The notes: generated from the sequence alone by a model not told the origin. A stretch of DNA of 64,000 nt from Candidatus Omnitrophota bacterium (GCA_030695925.1 JAUYOH010000109.1:32566-96565); one strand, 5' to 3'. Shown: positions 31,010 to 41,297, numbered from the stretch's first letter. Made by a program: numbers and translations.

Positions 31010-33775
31010 TTATTTATTGCGAAGCAGTTTAATGATATTATCCAGTGAATCCTTGCCGGCGATATAATCAATCGTGAAACTTTTGCTTTCCCCCGGCTTA
31101 AGGGTTATCTTCCCCGAGATCTGTTCCATCGTAAAGAAATTCTCGCCTTCCCAAATACCTATTTTTTCAATAAACGACCTGTCGAAGGTTTGTCCAAAAT
31201 ATTCTCCGGTCTTTGAATTATACGCCAGCATCCAATTTTCCGTCGGAATATAATGCGTTTTTGTAAGGCTCGGCGAATAATTCTTCTTTACCTGGGAGGG
31301 AACGACAAATACGTCTTCAGGGCCGGCCTCAACTCCAAGCGCCAGATCGGGGTGATTTGACCAATAGACCTCTTTTGGCTGATCTGTCATGTTCCGCAGT
31401 TCATACCGCAGTCCTATGAAAGGTGAATCAGAACGTACAGTAATCCCCCTCTGAATAAAGAGGTTATCTTTTGTTCTTGCCGAGAGGATTACTGAGGCCG
31501 CGTCTCCCTCGCGAGCGACGACGCGGTAATCCCAGTCGTTATTCCAAACGGCGCCGGGCCATTCCCCCGGAAAGGTATCATTTATTCCGCCATATTCCGC
31601 CCACTTATCACCGGTATCTCCTTTGGTTTTTTTCATTTTCGGATAATCCAGGAAAAGCTGGTTCCTGCCCGAAGGCCTGTCGATGACGGCTAATATCCTT
31701 CCTCCGATTGACGGCGTACAGTGTAATTCCGTCAGGCCGTTCCCAAGCACGAGATCCGTTGAGCCATCCTGATTGATATCACCTTCCAGGACCGCCGCTT
31801 TATTCTTGGGGAGAACGGCGAAGGGCTCCTTGATCGTATATCTGTATGTGCCTGAAATAATAGAGACGGTCAGCATGCCGTCAGGAGAGGCGCCTTTGGG
31901 CGCTTTAAGCGTGAAAGGCACTGATATCTTTCCCTCTTTCGGGATTTCTTTGAGTATCGTAGCGGGTTTCACGGTCCAACCTTCCGTAGCGGCAAAAGTA
32001 ATTTTCGCGGATTCTGATTTCTTCCCCCTGGAATCCAATTCAAGATTAAGTCTCTCGCCCTTGCCTGCGCGTAACAGATTTACGGGCCCTATATCCGCGT
32101 ATAGATGGTCTTGAAGTACGGTTATATATACCAAATTCGAAGTAACAGGCGCGTGTGAAGAAAGTACCCTCGCCGTCAGCCACCCGGATATCTCGGCGGC
32201 GTCTTCGGGAATTTGGACTTGGAATATCTCGGTTTTTTCTTCACGGGGTTCGAGTGAGACGGTCTTTTCGGTTTTAACCAACCATTGCCGCGGAATACCG
32301 TAGCAATCGACCTGGATAACGGCAGAGACGCTTTCATCATACGGGTTTTTGATGCGCAAGGTAAAATCAACGGTCTCTCCTAAAACTGCCCTCGCCGAGG
32401 CGGAGCTAAGGGCCACCGCTATTTTTTTGTCTATCGGCAGCTTATTCTCCTCGTCTTCGGCGATAGCGCGCGCTTCCGCCAGCGATTTTTCCGAGCCGAT
32501 ACGATTATGCTGAAGGAAGGAATCAACGCATCTATCCGTATTGTTCTCTATCTCGGATAAGATCTCCGGCGAGACCTTTTCGCTCTCCCTGAGGCGTTCG
32601 GTCAGTTTCCTTAGAGCGTATATTTTTTGGGGCAGATCAAGGGACCTTCCGTATATCGCGGGACCACCATACCGGTTGGCATATTCTGAAGTGATCTTCA
32701 GATAGAGGTCGCCATACTCTTCTGTAGGCTCGACCGTGCTTCCTTCGGTAAAATCGTTCCATGTGACGATCTGTATAAAACCGGCGCCATAGCGGATGGC
32801 CTCATCAAAGTTATCCCGGTATTCCTGCCCATTCCGGCGGGGGATTACAGCAATACCTCCTCCCCAGCCCTGACAGGCGGTATTATCAAAACCGGGATTG
32901 GCTATTCCGGCTATAAGCTTGATCTTGCCTTCTTTTAACAATTTCCGGGATTCTTCCATAAACGCGACCCTGTCGCTCTTCATCCCTATCCATGGAAATA
33001 CGGAGTCAGTCGAAGCGATGAATCCTGCTTCTTCTATGGATTTTTTCCAATGGTATTGATGGTCATGAATAAAAAAGGGCCTGTAATCCCTCAGGTAATC
33101 TATGATCTCTTTCCATTCGCCGGGACCAAATGAAGTCTGTTCTATGGAATCGCCCGTTACATACCACCAACCGAAGTTAGAGAGGACAGGCCTTCCGTTT
33201 ATCTTAAGGTAAGCATCGCTCGGCGCGTATTTCGACATAACTTCCTTTAACGTTTCTTTGGCGAAATCAACGGCTTCTTTTCTGCTGTTAAAATTTTGGT
33301 AAGGGGGGAATGAACATTTATCATCAAAGTTAATGCATATCTTAAAGTTAAGGCGTTCGGCTACTTTCAAGAGCTGCTCAAACCCTTTGTCTTCCTGCTT
33401 TCGCACGCCCTTATCGCGGAAACCGTACCAATTGACCATGAATCCGTCTATGCCGGCTTCTTTGGCGAGAAGGATATGATATTCCAAGACATCGGGATCT
33501 GTCGAATCGTAAGGCCCTATTACGGGGTAGTGGACCGCGGCGATATTCCGGCGGCCGTCAGCCAGAAAGTAATCAGGGTCATGCTGTTTGTCGGCGCTAA
33601 TACCCTGCATTATAAATTTCCACTGATACCATTGGCCGCTTGTCTCAGGCACGCCGAACCATGTCATATAATGGGCAATGAAGAGCGGTCTTTGTCCGGC
33701 GCTTGTCTTTTCCTCCGCTCCTGAGAGATTGAAGAGGAACAGAAGCATAAAAAATACGGGGGTTATCCTTCGCAT
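31010..33775 (-). CDS. Secreted multidomain protein with an N-terminal GH99/GH71-like TIM-barrel region, two NEW3/CARDB-like beta-sandwich units and a mutarotase-like C-terminus
   Basis: 921 aa. After the signal peptide come FIAHYMTWFG, VHYPVIGPYDSTDPDVLEYH..AGIDGFMVNWYG and IVTWNDFTEGSTVEP, which resemble GH99/GH71-type barrels. Two units in the middle (VDFTLRIKNP.. and ITFAATEGWTVKP..) are NEW3/CARDB-like. The C-terminal stretch LHCTPSIGGRILAV is DUF4380/mutarotase-like. The domain names are tentative. Confidence 0.55.
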   Translation of the reverse strand: MRRITPVFFMLLFLFNLSGAEEKTSAGQRPLFIAHYMTWFGVPETSGQWYQWKFIMQGISADKQHDPDYFLADGRRNIAAVHYPVIGPYDSTDPDVLEYHILLAKEAGIDGFMVNWYGFRDKGVRKQEDKGFEQLLKVAERLNFKICINFDDKCSFPPYQNFNSRKEAVDFAKETLKEVMSKYAPSDAYLKINGRPVLSNFGWWYVTGDSIEQTSFGPGEWKEIIDYLRDYRPFFIHDHQYHWKKSIEEAGFIASTDSVFPWIGMKSDRVAFMEESRKLLKEGKIKLIAGIANPGFDNTACQGWGGGIAVIPRRNGQEYRDNFDEAIRYGAGFIQIVTWNDFTEGSTVEPTEEYGDLYLKITSEYANRYGGPAIYGRSLDLPQKIYALRKLTERLRESEKVSPEILSEIENNTDRCVDSFLQHNRIGSEKSLAEARAIAEDEENKLPIDKKIAVALSSASARAVLGETVDFTLRIKNPYDESVSAVIQVDCYGIPRQWLVKTEKTVSLEPREEKTEIFQVQIPEDAAEISGWLTARVLSSHAPVTSNLVYITVLQDHLYADIGPVNLLRAGKGERLNLELDSRGKKSESAKITFAATEGWTVKPATILKEIPKEGKISVPFTLKAPKGASPDGMLTVSIISGTYRYTIKEPFAVLPKNKAAVLEGDINQDGSTDLVLGNGLTELHCTPSIGGRILAVIDRPSGRNQLFLDYPKMKKTKGDTGDKWAEYGGINDTFPGEWPGAVWNNDWDYRVVAREGDAASVILSARTKDNLFIQRGITVRSDSPFIGLRYELRNMTDQPKEVYWSNHPDLALGVEAGPEDVFVVPSQVKKNYSPSLTKTHYIPTENWMLAYNSKTGEYFGQTFDRSFIEKIGIWEGENFFTMEQISGKITLKPGESKSFTIDYIAGKDSLDNIIKLLRNK

Positions 33776-33776
33776 C

Positions 33777-34463
33777 CTATTTTATTATTTCCAATGAAAA
33801 ATCTATCGGCTTTGCGGAATGAGTGATGGCACCGACCGAGATCATATCTACCCCTGTGGCGGCGATCTTTCTGACGTTATTTAAAGAAACGCCGCCCGAG
33901 ACCTCAAGTTTGATGTCAGACCTTAAGGAACGCAGCAATTTAACGGCGGCTTTTATCTCTTTTATGCCCATATTATCGAGCATTATGATATCGGGAGTTA
34001 ATTTAATGGCTTCTTTTAATTCTTTCAGGTTTGAGATTTCTACTTCAGTCTTTACGCATCTTTTCTTGTATTTTCTTATCGTATGACAAAGCACAGCCCA
34101 GTCGTAATCAACTGCCTTCAAATGATTATCTTTTATCAGAACTTGGTCATGCAGCCCTAACCTGTGGTTATAACCGCCTCCTGCCGTCACGGCATATTTC
34201 TCGAGCAGTCGTAGCCCCGGCGTCGTCTTGCGTGTATCCATGATCTTTGTCTTGTACGGCCTTATCTTATTAACGAATTGAGAAGTCAATGTCGCTATGC
34301 CTGACAGCCGGCTTAGGAAATTTAACGCGGATCTCTCCGCGCTTAATATGGATCGGACATCTCCCTCGACGAAAGATATAACCGCATTAGCCCCGAAAGT
34401 CTTTCCGTCTTGAATCAGCGGCATGAACTTTATCTTTGGGTTGAGCAGTTTAAAAGCCGCCAT
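33777..34463 (-). CDS. nadC: Nicotinate-nucleotide pyrophosphorylase (carboxylating); the true start is upstream and unresolved
   Basis: NadC motifs are present (ERSALNFLSRLSGIATLT, DTRKTTPGLR, GGGYNHRLGL, IMLDN). The coordinates give the minimal ATG-initiated ORF. The same frame stays open to 34739 and encodes the conserved NadC N-terminus (EVFEAVRRALAEDIGRGDITT) with no ATG/GTG/TTG (see findings). Confidence 0.85.
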   Translation of the reverse strand: MAAFKLLNPKIKFMPLIQDGKTFGANAVISFVEGDVRSILSAERSALNFLSRLSGIATLTSQFVNKIRPYKTKIMDTRKTTPGLRLLEKYAVTAGGGYNHRLGLHDQVLIKDNHLKAVDYDWAVLCHTIRKYKKRCVKTEVEISNLKELKEAIKLTPDIIMLDNMGIKEIKAAVKLLRSLRSDIKLEVSGGVSLNNVRKIAATGVDMISVGAITHSAKPIDFSLEIIK

Positions 34464-34618
34464 AGAAACGGATATACCGGCAATAACACCCGGCTCTTTC
34501 GCTATGATTTCGGCCCGGACCGTCTCCGGCTTGGGAAAGACAGCCGCGGTCGTTATGTCGCCGCGGCCGATATCCTCGGCAAGCGCGCGACGGACGGCCT
34601 CAAATACCTCTTTCCTGT

Positions 34619-37270
34619 TTAATTCTCTAACCGTTTTAAGACCTCCTTTAATTTGTCCGATGTAATCTTTATCTCGCTTAATTTCGCCTTTTCGGAATCG
34701 ACGACCTCTTTTGGCGCCCTCTTTATGAAATTCTCGTTTTTAAGTTTGGCTTCGGTCGCTCTCATCCACTTTTCAATCTCTCCTATACGCCCCATTATCC
34801 TCTTTCTTTCGCTCTCGAGGTCTATCAGCCCCTCGAGAGGGACTGCTATCTCGCAGTCGCCGACTACCGCTACCGACGAGGCCTTTGGCCGTTCGAGCTT
34901 CAGGCCCGCCTTAACGGCCTCGGCTTTCGCAAGTGATTTTATATAATCTTCGCATTTTCCGATAGTCGCCAGACTTTTATTATTCGCGGTAGATATGATC
35001 ACTTTGCAGGATTTTTGAGGGGGGATATTTACCTCGGCGCGGATATTCCTGATGGCGGTTATTATGCCTATCGCGAGGTCCATCTCTCCCTCGGCCTTCT
35101 TATCTATCAGGTCCTTCTGCAGGTGCGGCCATGGCTGGATCATTATGGAATCCCTCTTATGCGGCAAGAGAGACCATATCTCCTCGGTAATGAACGGCAT
35201 AAAGGGGTGCAGCATCCTCATGCTCTTTTCCAGCACTTTATATAAAATTACCTGTGTAGCCTTTTCTTTTATACGGCCTTTGGTTATCTCTAAATACCAG
35301 TCGCAATATTTATGCCAGATAAACTCATATAATAGATTTGCCGCCTCATTAAATCTGTATGACGCCAGCGCCTTGTCCAGATCCTCCAGCGTCGTGTAGA
35401 GATTGCTGAGTATCCATCTGTCCGCAAGCGGCAAATCGGCATTTTTATACAGGACGCATAGATCCGTATCTACCTCTTCGGACAGGTTGTTTATGACGAA
35501 CCGCGCCGCGTTCCAGATCTTATTCGCGAAATTCCTGCCTGACTGGAATTTCTCTTTTGACAGAAATACATCCTGTCCGACGGCAGTGATAGAAATTATG
35601 CTGAACCTGAGGGCGTCGGCGCCGAACTCATTTATTATCTCGAGAGGATCGATGATATTGCCGAGCGACTTTGACATCTTCGCGCCCGTCTCGTCCCGCA
35701 CGGTCCCGTGAATATAGACATCCTTAAAAGGCGCTTCGCCCATGAACTCATAACCGGCCATGATCATGCGCGCGACCCAGAAGAATATTATCTCCTGCGC
35801 GGTGACAAGCGCTGAAGTGGGGTAAAAATATTTTAGGTCTTCCGTTTTTTCCGGCCAGCCGAAGGTGGAAAACGGCCAAAGCCATGAGGAGAACCATGTA
35901 TCGAGCACGTCCTCGTCCTGCACGATATCCGTCGCGCCGCAATCAGGACATTTCTGAGGACTTATTTTCGACACTATTGTTCCCTTCTTTTTATCGGAGG
36001 CATTCTGGCATTTCTTACAATAATACACAGGCAAGCGATGCCCCCACCATATCTGTCTTGATATGCACCAGTCGCGGATGTTTTCCATCCAGTCGAGATA
36101 AACTTTAGTCCATCTTTCCGGATAGAACTTTATCTTTCCTGTCTTGACCGCTTCTATGCCGGATTTGGCCAGCGGTTTCATCTTGACGAACCACTGCAGA
36201 GATAGATACGGCTCGACAACCGTGTGGCATCTGTAGCAATGCCCTACCGAATGCGCATGAGGCTCGGTCTTTTCGAGAAGCTTTAATTCTTTGAGGTCCT
36301 CTAGGATCGTCTCGCGCGCTTCGAACCTGTCCATCCCGGCGTAATCCCCCGCGTTCTTGTTCATCGTGCCGTCGGGGTTCATCACGAGTATCGGCTCGAG
36401 GTTATGGCGGATGCCCATCTGAAAGTCATTCGGGTCGTGCGCCGGAGTCACCTTTACCGCGCCGGTCCCAAAGTCGGGGTCGACGATATCGTCCGCGATA
36501 ACCTTGATCTCCCTGTTCATCAGCGGAAGTATAAGCGTCTTTCCTAGGAGGTTCTTATATCTTGGATCCTTCGGATTGACCGCGACCGCCACATCGCCGA
36601 GCATCGTCTCCGGACGGGTCGTCGCGACTGTGATATATCTCTTCTCTCCCTTCACGGGGTATCTTATGTAATATAGAAGGCTGTTTAAATCCTTATGCTG
36701 GGCTTCCTCATCGCTTAACGCCGTCTGGCATCTCGGACACCAGTTTATGATGTAATTCCCGCGGTAGATCAGGCCTTTTTCGTAAAGCCGCACGAATACC
36801 TCAAGGACCGCATTCGATAGCCCTTCGTCCATCGTAAAGCGGGTGCGGTCCCAGTCGCAGGAGCAGCCGAGCCTTTTTAACTGGGATATTATGGTGGAGC
36901 CGTATTCCTCCCTCCACTGCCAGACGCGTTTGACGAATTTCTCGCGTCCGAGGTCATGACGCCTGATACCTTCTTTCGCGAGCATCTTCTCGACGACGTT
37001 CTGTGTGGCTATGCCGGCGTGGTCTGTTCCGGGAAGCCACTGCGCGTTATAGCCCTGCATCCTCTTCCATCTTATCAGGATGTCCTGAACGGTATTATTC
37101 AGGGCGTGGCCCATATGCAGGATTCCGGTGATATTAGGCGGAGGGATGACTATTGTATACGGCTTCTTCTTGGCATCGGGCTTGGCATGAAAAAACTTCT
37201 TCTCTTCCCAGACCTTATACCATTTGTCTTCCGTAGACTTGGGATTATAGACAGACGGGATCTCGCGCAT
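34619..37270 (-). CDS. valS: Valine--tRNA ligase
   Basis: 883 aa. It has the HIGH motif (PNITGILHMGH), KMSKS, and a C-terminal coiled coil. Confidence 0.96.
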   Translation of the reverse strand: MREIPSVYNPKSTEDKWYKVWEEKKFFHAKPDAKKKPYTIVIPPPNITGILHMGHALNNTVQDILIRWKRMQGYNAQWLPGTDHAGIATQNVVEKMLAKEGIRRHDLGREKFVKRVWQWREEYGSTIISQLKRLGCSCDWDRTRFTMDEGLSNAVLEVFVRLYEKGLIYRGNYIINWCPRCQTALSDEEAQHKDLNSLLYYIRYPVKGEKRYITVATTRPETMLGDVAVAVNPKDPRYKNLLGKTLILPLMNREIKVIADDIVDPDFGTGAVKVTPAHDPNDFQMGIRHNLEPILVMNPDGTMNKNAGDYAGMDRFEARETILEDLKELKLLEKTEPHAHSVGHCYRCHTVVEPYLSLQWFVKMKPLAKSGIEAVKTGKIKFYPERWTKVYLDWMENIRDWCISRQIWWGHRLPVYYCKKCQNASDKKKGTIVSKISPQKCPDCGATDIVQDEDVLDTWFSSWLWPFSTFGWPEKTEDLKYFYPTSALVTAQEIIFFWVARMIMAGYEFMGEAPFKDVYIHGTVRDETGAKMSKSLGNIIDPLEIINEFGADALRFSIISITAVGQDVFLSKEKFQSGRNFANKIWNAARFVINNLSEEVDTDLCVLYKNADLPLADRWILSNLYTTLEDLDKALASYRFNEAANLLYEFIWHKYCDWYLEITKGRIKEKATQVILYKVLEKSMRMLHPFMPFITEEIWSLLPHKRDSIMIQPWPHLQKDLIDKKAEGEMDLAIGIITAIRNIRAEVNIPPQKSCKVIISTANNKSLATIGKCEDYIKSLAKAEAVKAGLKLERPKASSVAVVGDCEIAVPLEGLIDLESERKRIMGRIGEIEKWMRATEAKLKNENFIKRAPKEVVDSEKAKLSEIKITSDKLKEVLKRLEN

Positions 37271-37271
37271 T

Positions 37272-38837
37272 TTATGATTTGCGGTCTTTGAGCAGTTTAT
37301 ACTCTATCGAATCTACCAACGCGTCCCACGACGCCTCGATCATATTCTCGGATACGCCGATAGTCCACCATGAATCCTTCGCGTCCTGCGATTGAATAAG
37401 CACCCTGACCTTGGCCGCGGTGCCTGCTTTTTCCTCAAGCACCCTTACCTTGAAGTCGGATAGACGCATTTCCGCGAGTCTAGGATAAAATTCCAGGAGA
37501 GCCTTGCGCAGAGCGTTATCAAGGGCGTTGACAGGGCCGTCCCCTTCGGCCGCGGTATGTTCTTCGATCTTGTTGACTTTGATTTTGATTGTCGCTTCGG
37601 AAATAAGCTTCCCTCCGCGGTGTTCTGTGACAACTTTAAACCCTTCCAGTTCAAAGAATCTCTTATATTTCTTAAAGGCGCGTTGTAATAGCAATTCAAA
37701 GGAGCCCTCGGCGGCCTCAAAATGATATCCTTCATGCTCTAGCTTCTGCAATAATTTCAGGATCTTCTTGGTCTTGGGCGCTTCTTTCGTAAGGTCGAGC
37801 TCGAGCGCTTTCGCTTTCAGGAGGATTGAACTCTTACCGGAGAGCTCCGATACCAAGAGCCTTCTCTTGTTTCCTACCAGATGCGGTTCGATATGTTCAT
37901 AGGTGACCGGATTCTTCATTATCGCGTTGATATGGATCCCGCCCTTATGCGCGAAAGCGGTATTCCCGACGAACGGCTGATTTTCGCGCTGTTTGACATT
38001 GCTTATCTCCGCGACATAGCGCGATGTTTCCGTGAGTTCTTTAAGTTTATTGTCAGCGATACAATCGATCCCAAGTTTTAATTTAAGGTTACCGATGATA
38101 GAAACAAGGTCCGCGTTTCCGCAGCGTTCACCGTATCCGTTAAACGTTCCCTGCACATGGACGCATCCCGCCTCTACCGCGGACACCGAATTGGCGACAG
38201 CCATATCACAATCATTATGGCAATGGACGCCTAAGGGGCGGTTCAATTTGGCACCCACTTCTTTGACGATTTCCGTAAATTCAGAAGTGATAGTGCCTCC
38301 GTTGGTATCGCAGAGGATGATGCACTCAGTGCCCGCATCGACAGCGGCAAAGAGCGTCTTTAGGGCGTATTCGGGATTATTCTTATATCCGTCAAAGAAG
38401 TGCTCGGCGTCATAGAATACCGTCTTGCCTTTCGACTTAAGATATGCGACGGTGTCACTTATCATCTTCAGGTTCTCTTCGAGGGGGACGCGGAATACAT
38501 CTCTTACGTGCAGGTCCCAGCTCTTCCCGAAGATGGTGACTATCTTTGTCCCGGCCTCAAGGAGTCCGCGGACATTGGCATCTTTGCCTACGCTTGTATT
38601 TGCCCTGCGTGTCGAGCCGAAGGCGACGACAACGGCATTATTTAATTTCATCTTCTTGGCCGCCCTGAAGAAGGCCATATCCTTCGGATTGGAACCCGGC
38701 CATCCCCCCTCGATATAATGGATGCCCAGATGATCCAGTTTTTCCGCGATGCGGACCTTATCGGTGACGGAATACGAGATCCCTTCGGTCTGCGCTCCAT
38801 CACGCAATGTGGTATCGTAAAGTTTTACCTCTTTCAT
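37272..38837 (-). CDS. cimA: (R)-citramalate synthase (LeuA/CimA family)
   Basis: 521 aa. The N-terminus reads [18 protein letters not shown] and a C-terminal LeuA-dimer regulatory domain is present. The length and motifs fit the CimA-type subgroup, but substrate specificity is not provable from sequence alone. Confidence 0.75.
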   Translation of the reverse strand: MKEVKLYDTTLRDGAQTEGISYSVTDKVRIAEKLDHLGIHYIEGGWPGSNPKDMAFFRAAKKMKLNNAVVVAFGSTRRANTSVGKDANVRGLLEAGTKIVTIFGKSWDLHVRDVFRVPLEENLKMISDTVAYLKSKGKTVFYDAEHFFDGYKNNPEYALKTLFAAVDAGTECIILCDTNGGTITSEFTEIVKEVGAKLNRPLGVHCHNDCDMAVANSVSAVEAGCVHVQGTFNGYGERCGNADLVSIIGNLKLKLGIDCIADNKLKELTETSRYVAEISNVKQRENQPFVGNTAFAHKGGIHINAIMKNPVTYEHIEPHLVGNKRRLLVSELSGKSSILLKAKALELDLTKEAPKTKKILKLLQKLEHEGYHFEAAEGSFELLLQRAFKKYKRFFELEGFKVVTEHRGGKLISEATIKIKVNKIEEHTAAEGDGPVNALDNALRKALLEFYPRLAEMRLSDFKVRVLEEKAGTAAKVRVLIQSQDAKDSWWTIGVSENMIEASWDALVDSIEYKLLKDRKS

Positions 38838-38853
38838 TTTGTCATGCCCTTAT

Positions 38854-40077
38854 TTATCTTACTTTCTTCAGTCCAAACTCATCGTGAAGCGTCCTAAGCG
38901 CCGTCTCGGAGTGACGCTTTTCAATCACACAGGATATCTTTATCTCGGAGGTGGATATCATCTCTATGTTTATCTTCTTTGATGCCAACGCCCTGAACAT
39001 CCTCGCGGCGATACCCGAATGGCTGCGCATCCCTATCCCTACTATGGAGACCTTAGCTATATTCTCGTCTTTGATGACCTCTCCGGCGCCGACTTCCCTC
39101 GCGACTTTCCTGGCGACCTTGATCGTCTTTGCAAGGTCCTCTTTCAGGACGGTAAAGGATATATCGGTCGTCCCGGTCCGGCTCACGTTTTGCACTATCA
39201 TGTCTATTACTATGTTATTTACCGCGAGCTCTTTGAATATTATGGCCGCGATTCCGGGCTTATCCGGCACATCGCAAATAGTGACTTTCGCCTCGTCCTT
39301 CTGCAGGGCGATGCCGCTTACGTCTATCTTCTCCATCGACTTTACCTCCTTGGAAATGATCGTGCCGTCCACATTGGAAAAACTCGAACGGACGTGTATA
39401 GGAACGCCATAGCGTTTTCCGTATTCGACCGACCTCGGCTGCATAACTTTGGCGCCAAGTGAAGCGAGCTCGAGCATCTCGTCGTAACTTATCCTTGAGA
39501 GCTTTTTCGCGTCTTTTACTATCCTTGGATCGGCGGTGTAAACGCCGTCGACGTCGGTATATATCTCGCATATCTTGGCACCCAAGGCTTTCGCGAGGGC
39601 TACGGCGGTCAGGTCGCTTCCGCCGCGGCCTAAAGTCGTGATCTCCTTATTTATGCTTACACCCTGGAATCCCGCCACGACGACGACCTTGCCGTTCTTT
39701 AATTCCTCCCTTATCCTATCCGCCGATATATTCAATATCCTCGCTTTAGTGTGAGAGGCATCCGTGATTATACCTACCTGCGCCCCCGTAAAAGATATGG
39801 CGGGGACTCTCAATTCGTGTATCGCCATAGCCAGGAGGGCGCACGATATCTGCTCGCCGGTGGAGATAAGCATATCCATCTCGCGCTCAGAGGGGTCATC
39901 GGTGATTTTGGAAGCGAGTTCTATCAATTCGTCCGTCGTATCGCCCAATGCCGAGACGACTACGACTACGCCATATCCCCGTTTCTTATAACTGACGACC
40001 CGCTTCGCTACGTTCTTGATCCTCTCCGGATTCGCTACTGAAGAACCGCCGTATTTCTGAACGATTAAAGTCCCCAC
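38854..40077 (-). CDS. lysC: Aspartate kinase (monofunctional, two ACT domains)
   Basis: 407 aa with the motifs VQKYGGSS and TLGRGGSDLTA and C-terminal ACT repeats. It has a GTG start. Confidence 0.93.
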   Translation of the reverse strand: MGTLIVQKYGGSSVANPERIKNVAKRVVSYKKRGYGVVVVVSALGDTTDELIELASKITDDPSEREMDMLISTGEQISCALLAMAIHELRVPAISFTGAQVGIITDASHTKARILNISADRIREELKNGKVVVVAGFQGVSINKEITTLGRGGSDLTAVALAKALGAKICEIYTDVDGVYTADPRIVKDAKKLSRISYDEMLELASLGAKVMQPRSVEYGKRYGVPIHVRSSFSNVDGTIISKEVKSMEKIDVSGIALQKDEAKVTICDVPDKPGIAAIIFKELAVNNIVIDMIVQNVSRTGTTDISFTVLKEDLAKTIKVARKVAREVGAGEVIKDENIAKVSIVGIGMRSHSGIAARMFRALASKKINIEMISTSEIKISCVIEKRHSETALRTLHDEFGLKKVR

Positions 40078-40096
40078 TTTTACTCGGATACCCTCC

Positions 40097-41296
40097 TTAC
40101 TTTTTTATCAGATACTCCATAAGTTCGTGCCCGCGCTCAAAGACGAATTTGCTGTTCTTCGCGACCGCCTCGCTAAAGACAGGGGTCTCGTCCGGTTCTA
40201 TGTCTTTTCCATAGACCACGAACGGGACCGGCTCAGCGGTATGCGTCCTAAGAGAGACGGGGGTCGGATGGTCCGGCAATACCGCCAATCTGAAATTCTT
40301 GAGCTTCTTAAAGCGGTCTAAGATCGCTCCCACCACAAATCTGTCGAAATTCTCGATCGCCCCTATCTTCGCGCGCAGGTCGCCGTTATGCCCCGCCTCA
40401 TCGGGCGCCTCGACGTGGACAAATACAAAATCTCTGTCCCTTAGGGAGTTCAGCGCGTATTTCGCCTTTCCCTGATAATTGGTATCATAATATCCTGTCG
40501 CGCCGGGGACATCGACGACATTTAGCCCCACGATCTTTCCTATCCCCTTTATCAGGTCCACCGCGGAGATGACCGAGCCCTCGACACCGAATTTATCCTT
40601 GAACTTCGGCATATCGGTCTCTATCCCCTGACCCCAAAGCCAGATCATATTCGCCGGATTTTCCCTTAGGTCTATCCTGACCCTGTTTATCTCGTGGCCC
40701 GCGAGAAGCAATCTGGAATCTTCCATCAATTTAATCAGGAACTCGGCACCCTCGCCATTAGGAAGATGCTCTTTTATCCTTGACCCCATAATATCATGAG
40801 GCGGGAAACACTTTATCTTCAGCAACGCCTCTCTGAGTGGCTTATCGCGAACGACCATCAGATGACGATAGCTTACTCCCGGATAAAATCTTGCCTTATC
40901 AGAGCCGAGGTTCTTATCCAAAAACTTTATTAGTGTGGCGGCTTCTTCCGAACTTATGTGTCCCGCGGAATAATCCACCATCTTCTCTTGGTCAACTGTG
41001 ACAACATTACACCTGAACGCGATATCGTCAGGTCCGAGAGCTATCCCCATGTTCGCCGCCTCAAGCGGACCCCTCCCGGAATAATATTTTAAGGGGTCAT
41101 ATCCTAAGATCGAGAGGTTCGCCACATCAGAGGCGGGTGAAAAATCTTTCGGGATCGTATGGATCAGGCCGACCTTTCCGTTCTTCGCCAGATAATTCAT
41201 ATTGGGTATCTTGGCGACTTCAAGCGGAGTCTTCTCACCGAGCTCACGGATCGGATAATCCGCCATCCCGTCCCCTACCAAAACCAGGTATTTCAT
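40097..41296 (-). CDS. Cofactor-independent phosphoglycerate mutase-like protein (archaeal ApgM-type, 'proposed homoserine kinase' family)
   Basis: 399 aa. It belongs to the alkaline-phosphatase superfamily, with the motifs LVGDGMAD, PASDVANLS and HVEAPDEAGHNGD. It lies between lysC and thrC. Confidence 0.8.
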   Translation of the reverse strand: MKYLVLVGDGMADYPIRELGEKTPLEVAKIPNMNYLAKNGKVGLIHTIPKDFSPASDVANLSILGYDPLKYYSGRGPLEAANMGIALGPDDIAFRCNVVTVDQEKMVDYSAGHISSEEAATLIKFLDKNLGSDKARFYPGVSYRHLMVVRDKPLREALLKIKCFPPHDIMGSRIKEHLPNGEGAEFLIKLMEDSRLLLAGHEINRVRIDLRENPANMIWLWGQGIETDMPKFKDKFGVEGSVISAVDLIKGIGKIVGLNVVDVPGATGYYDTNYQGKAKYALNSLRDRDFVFVHVEAPDEAGHNGDLRAKIGAIENFDRFVVGAILDRFKKLKNFRLAVLPDHPTPVSLRTHTAEPVPFVVYGKDIEPDETPVFSEAVAKNSKFVFERGHELMEYLIKK

Positions 41297-41297
41297 C

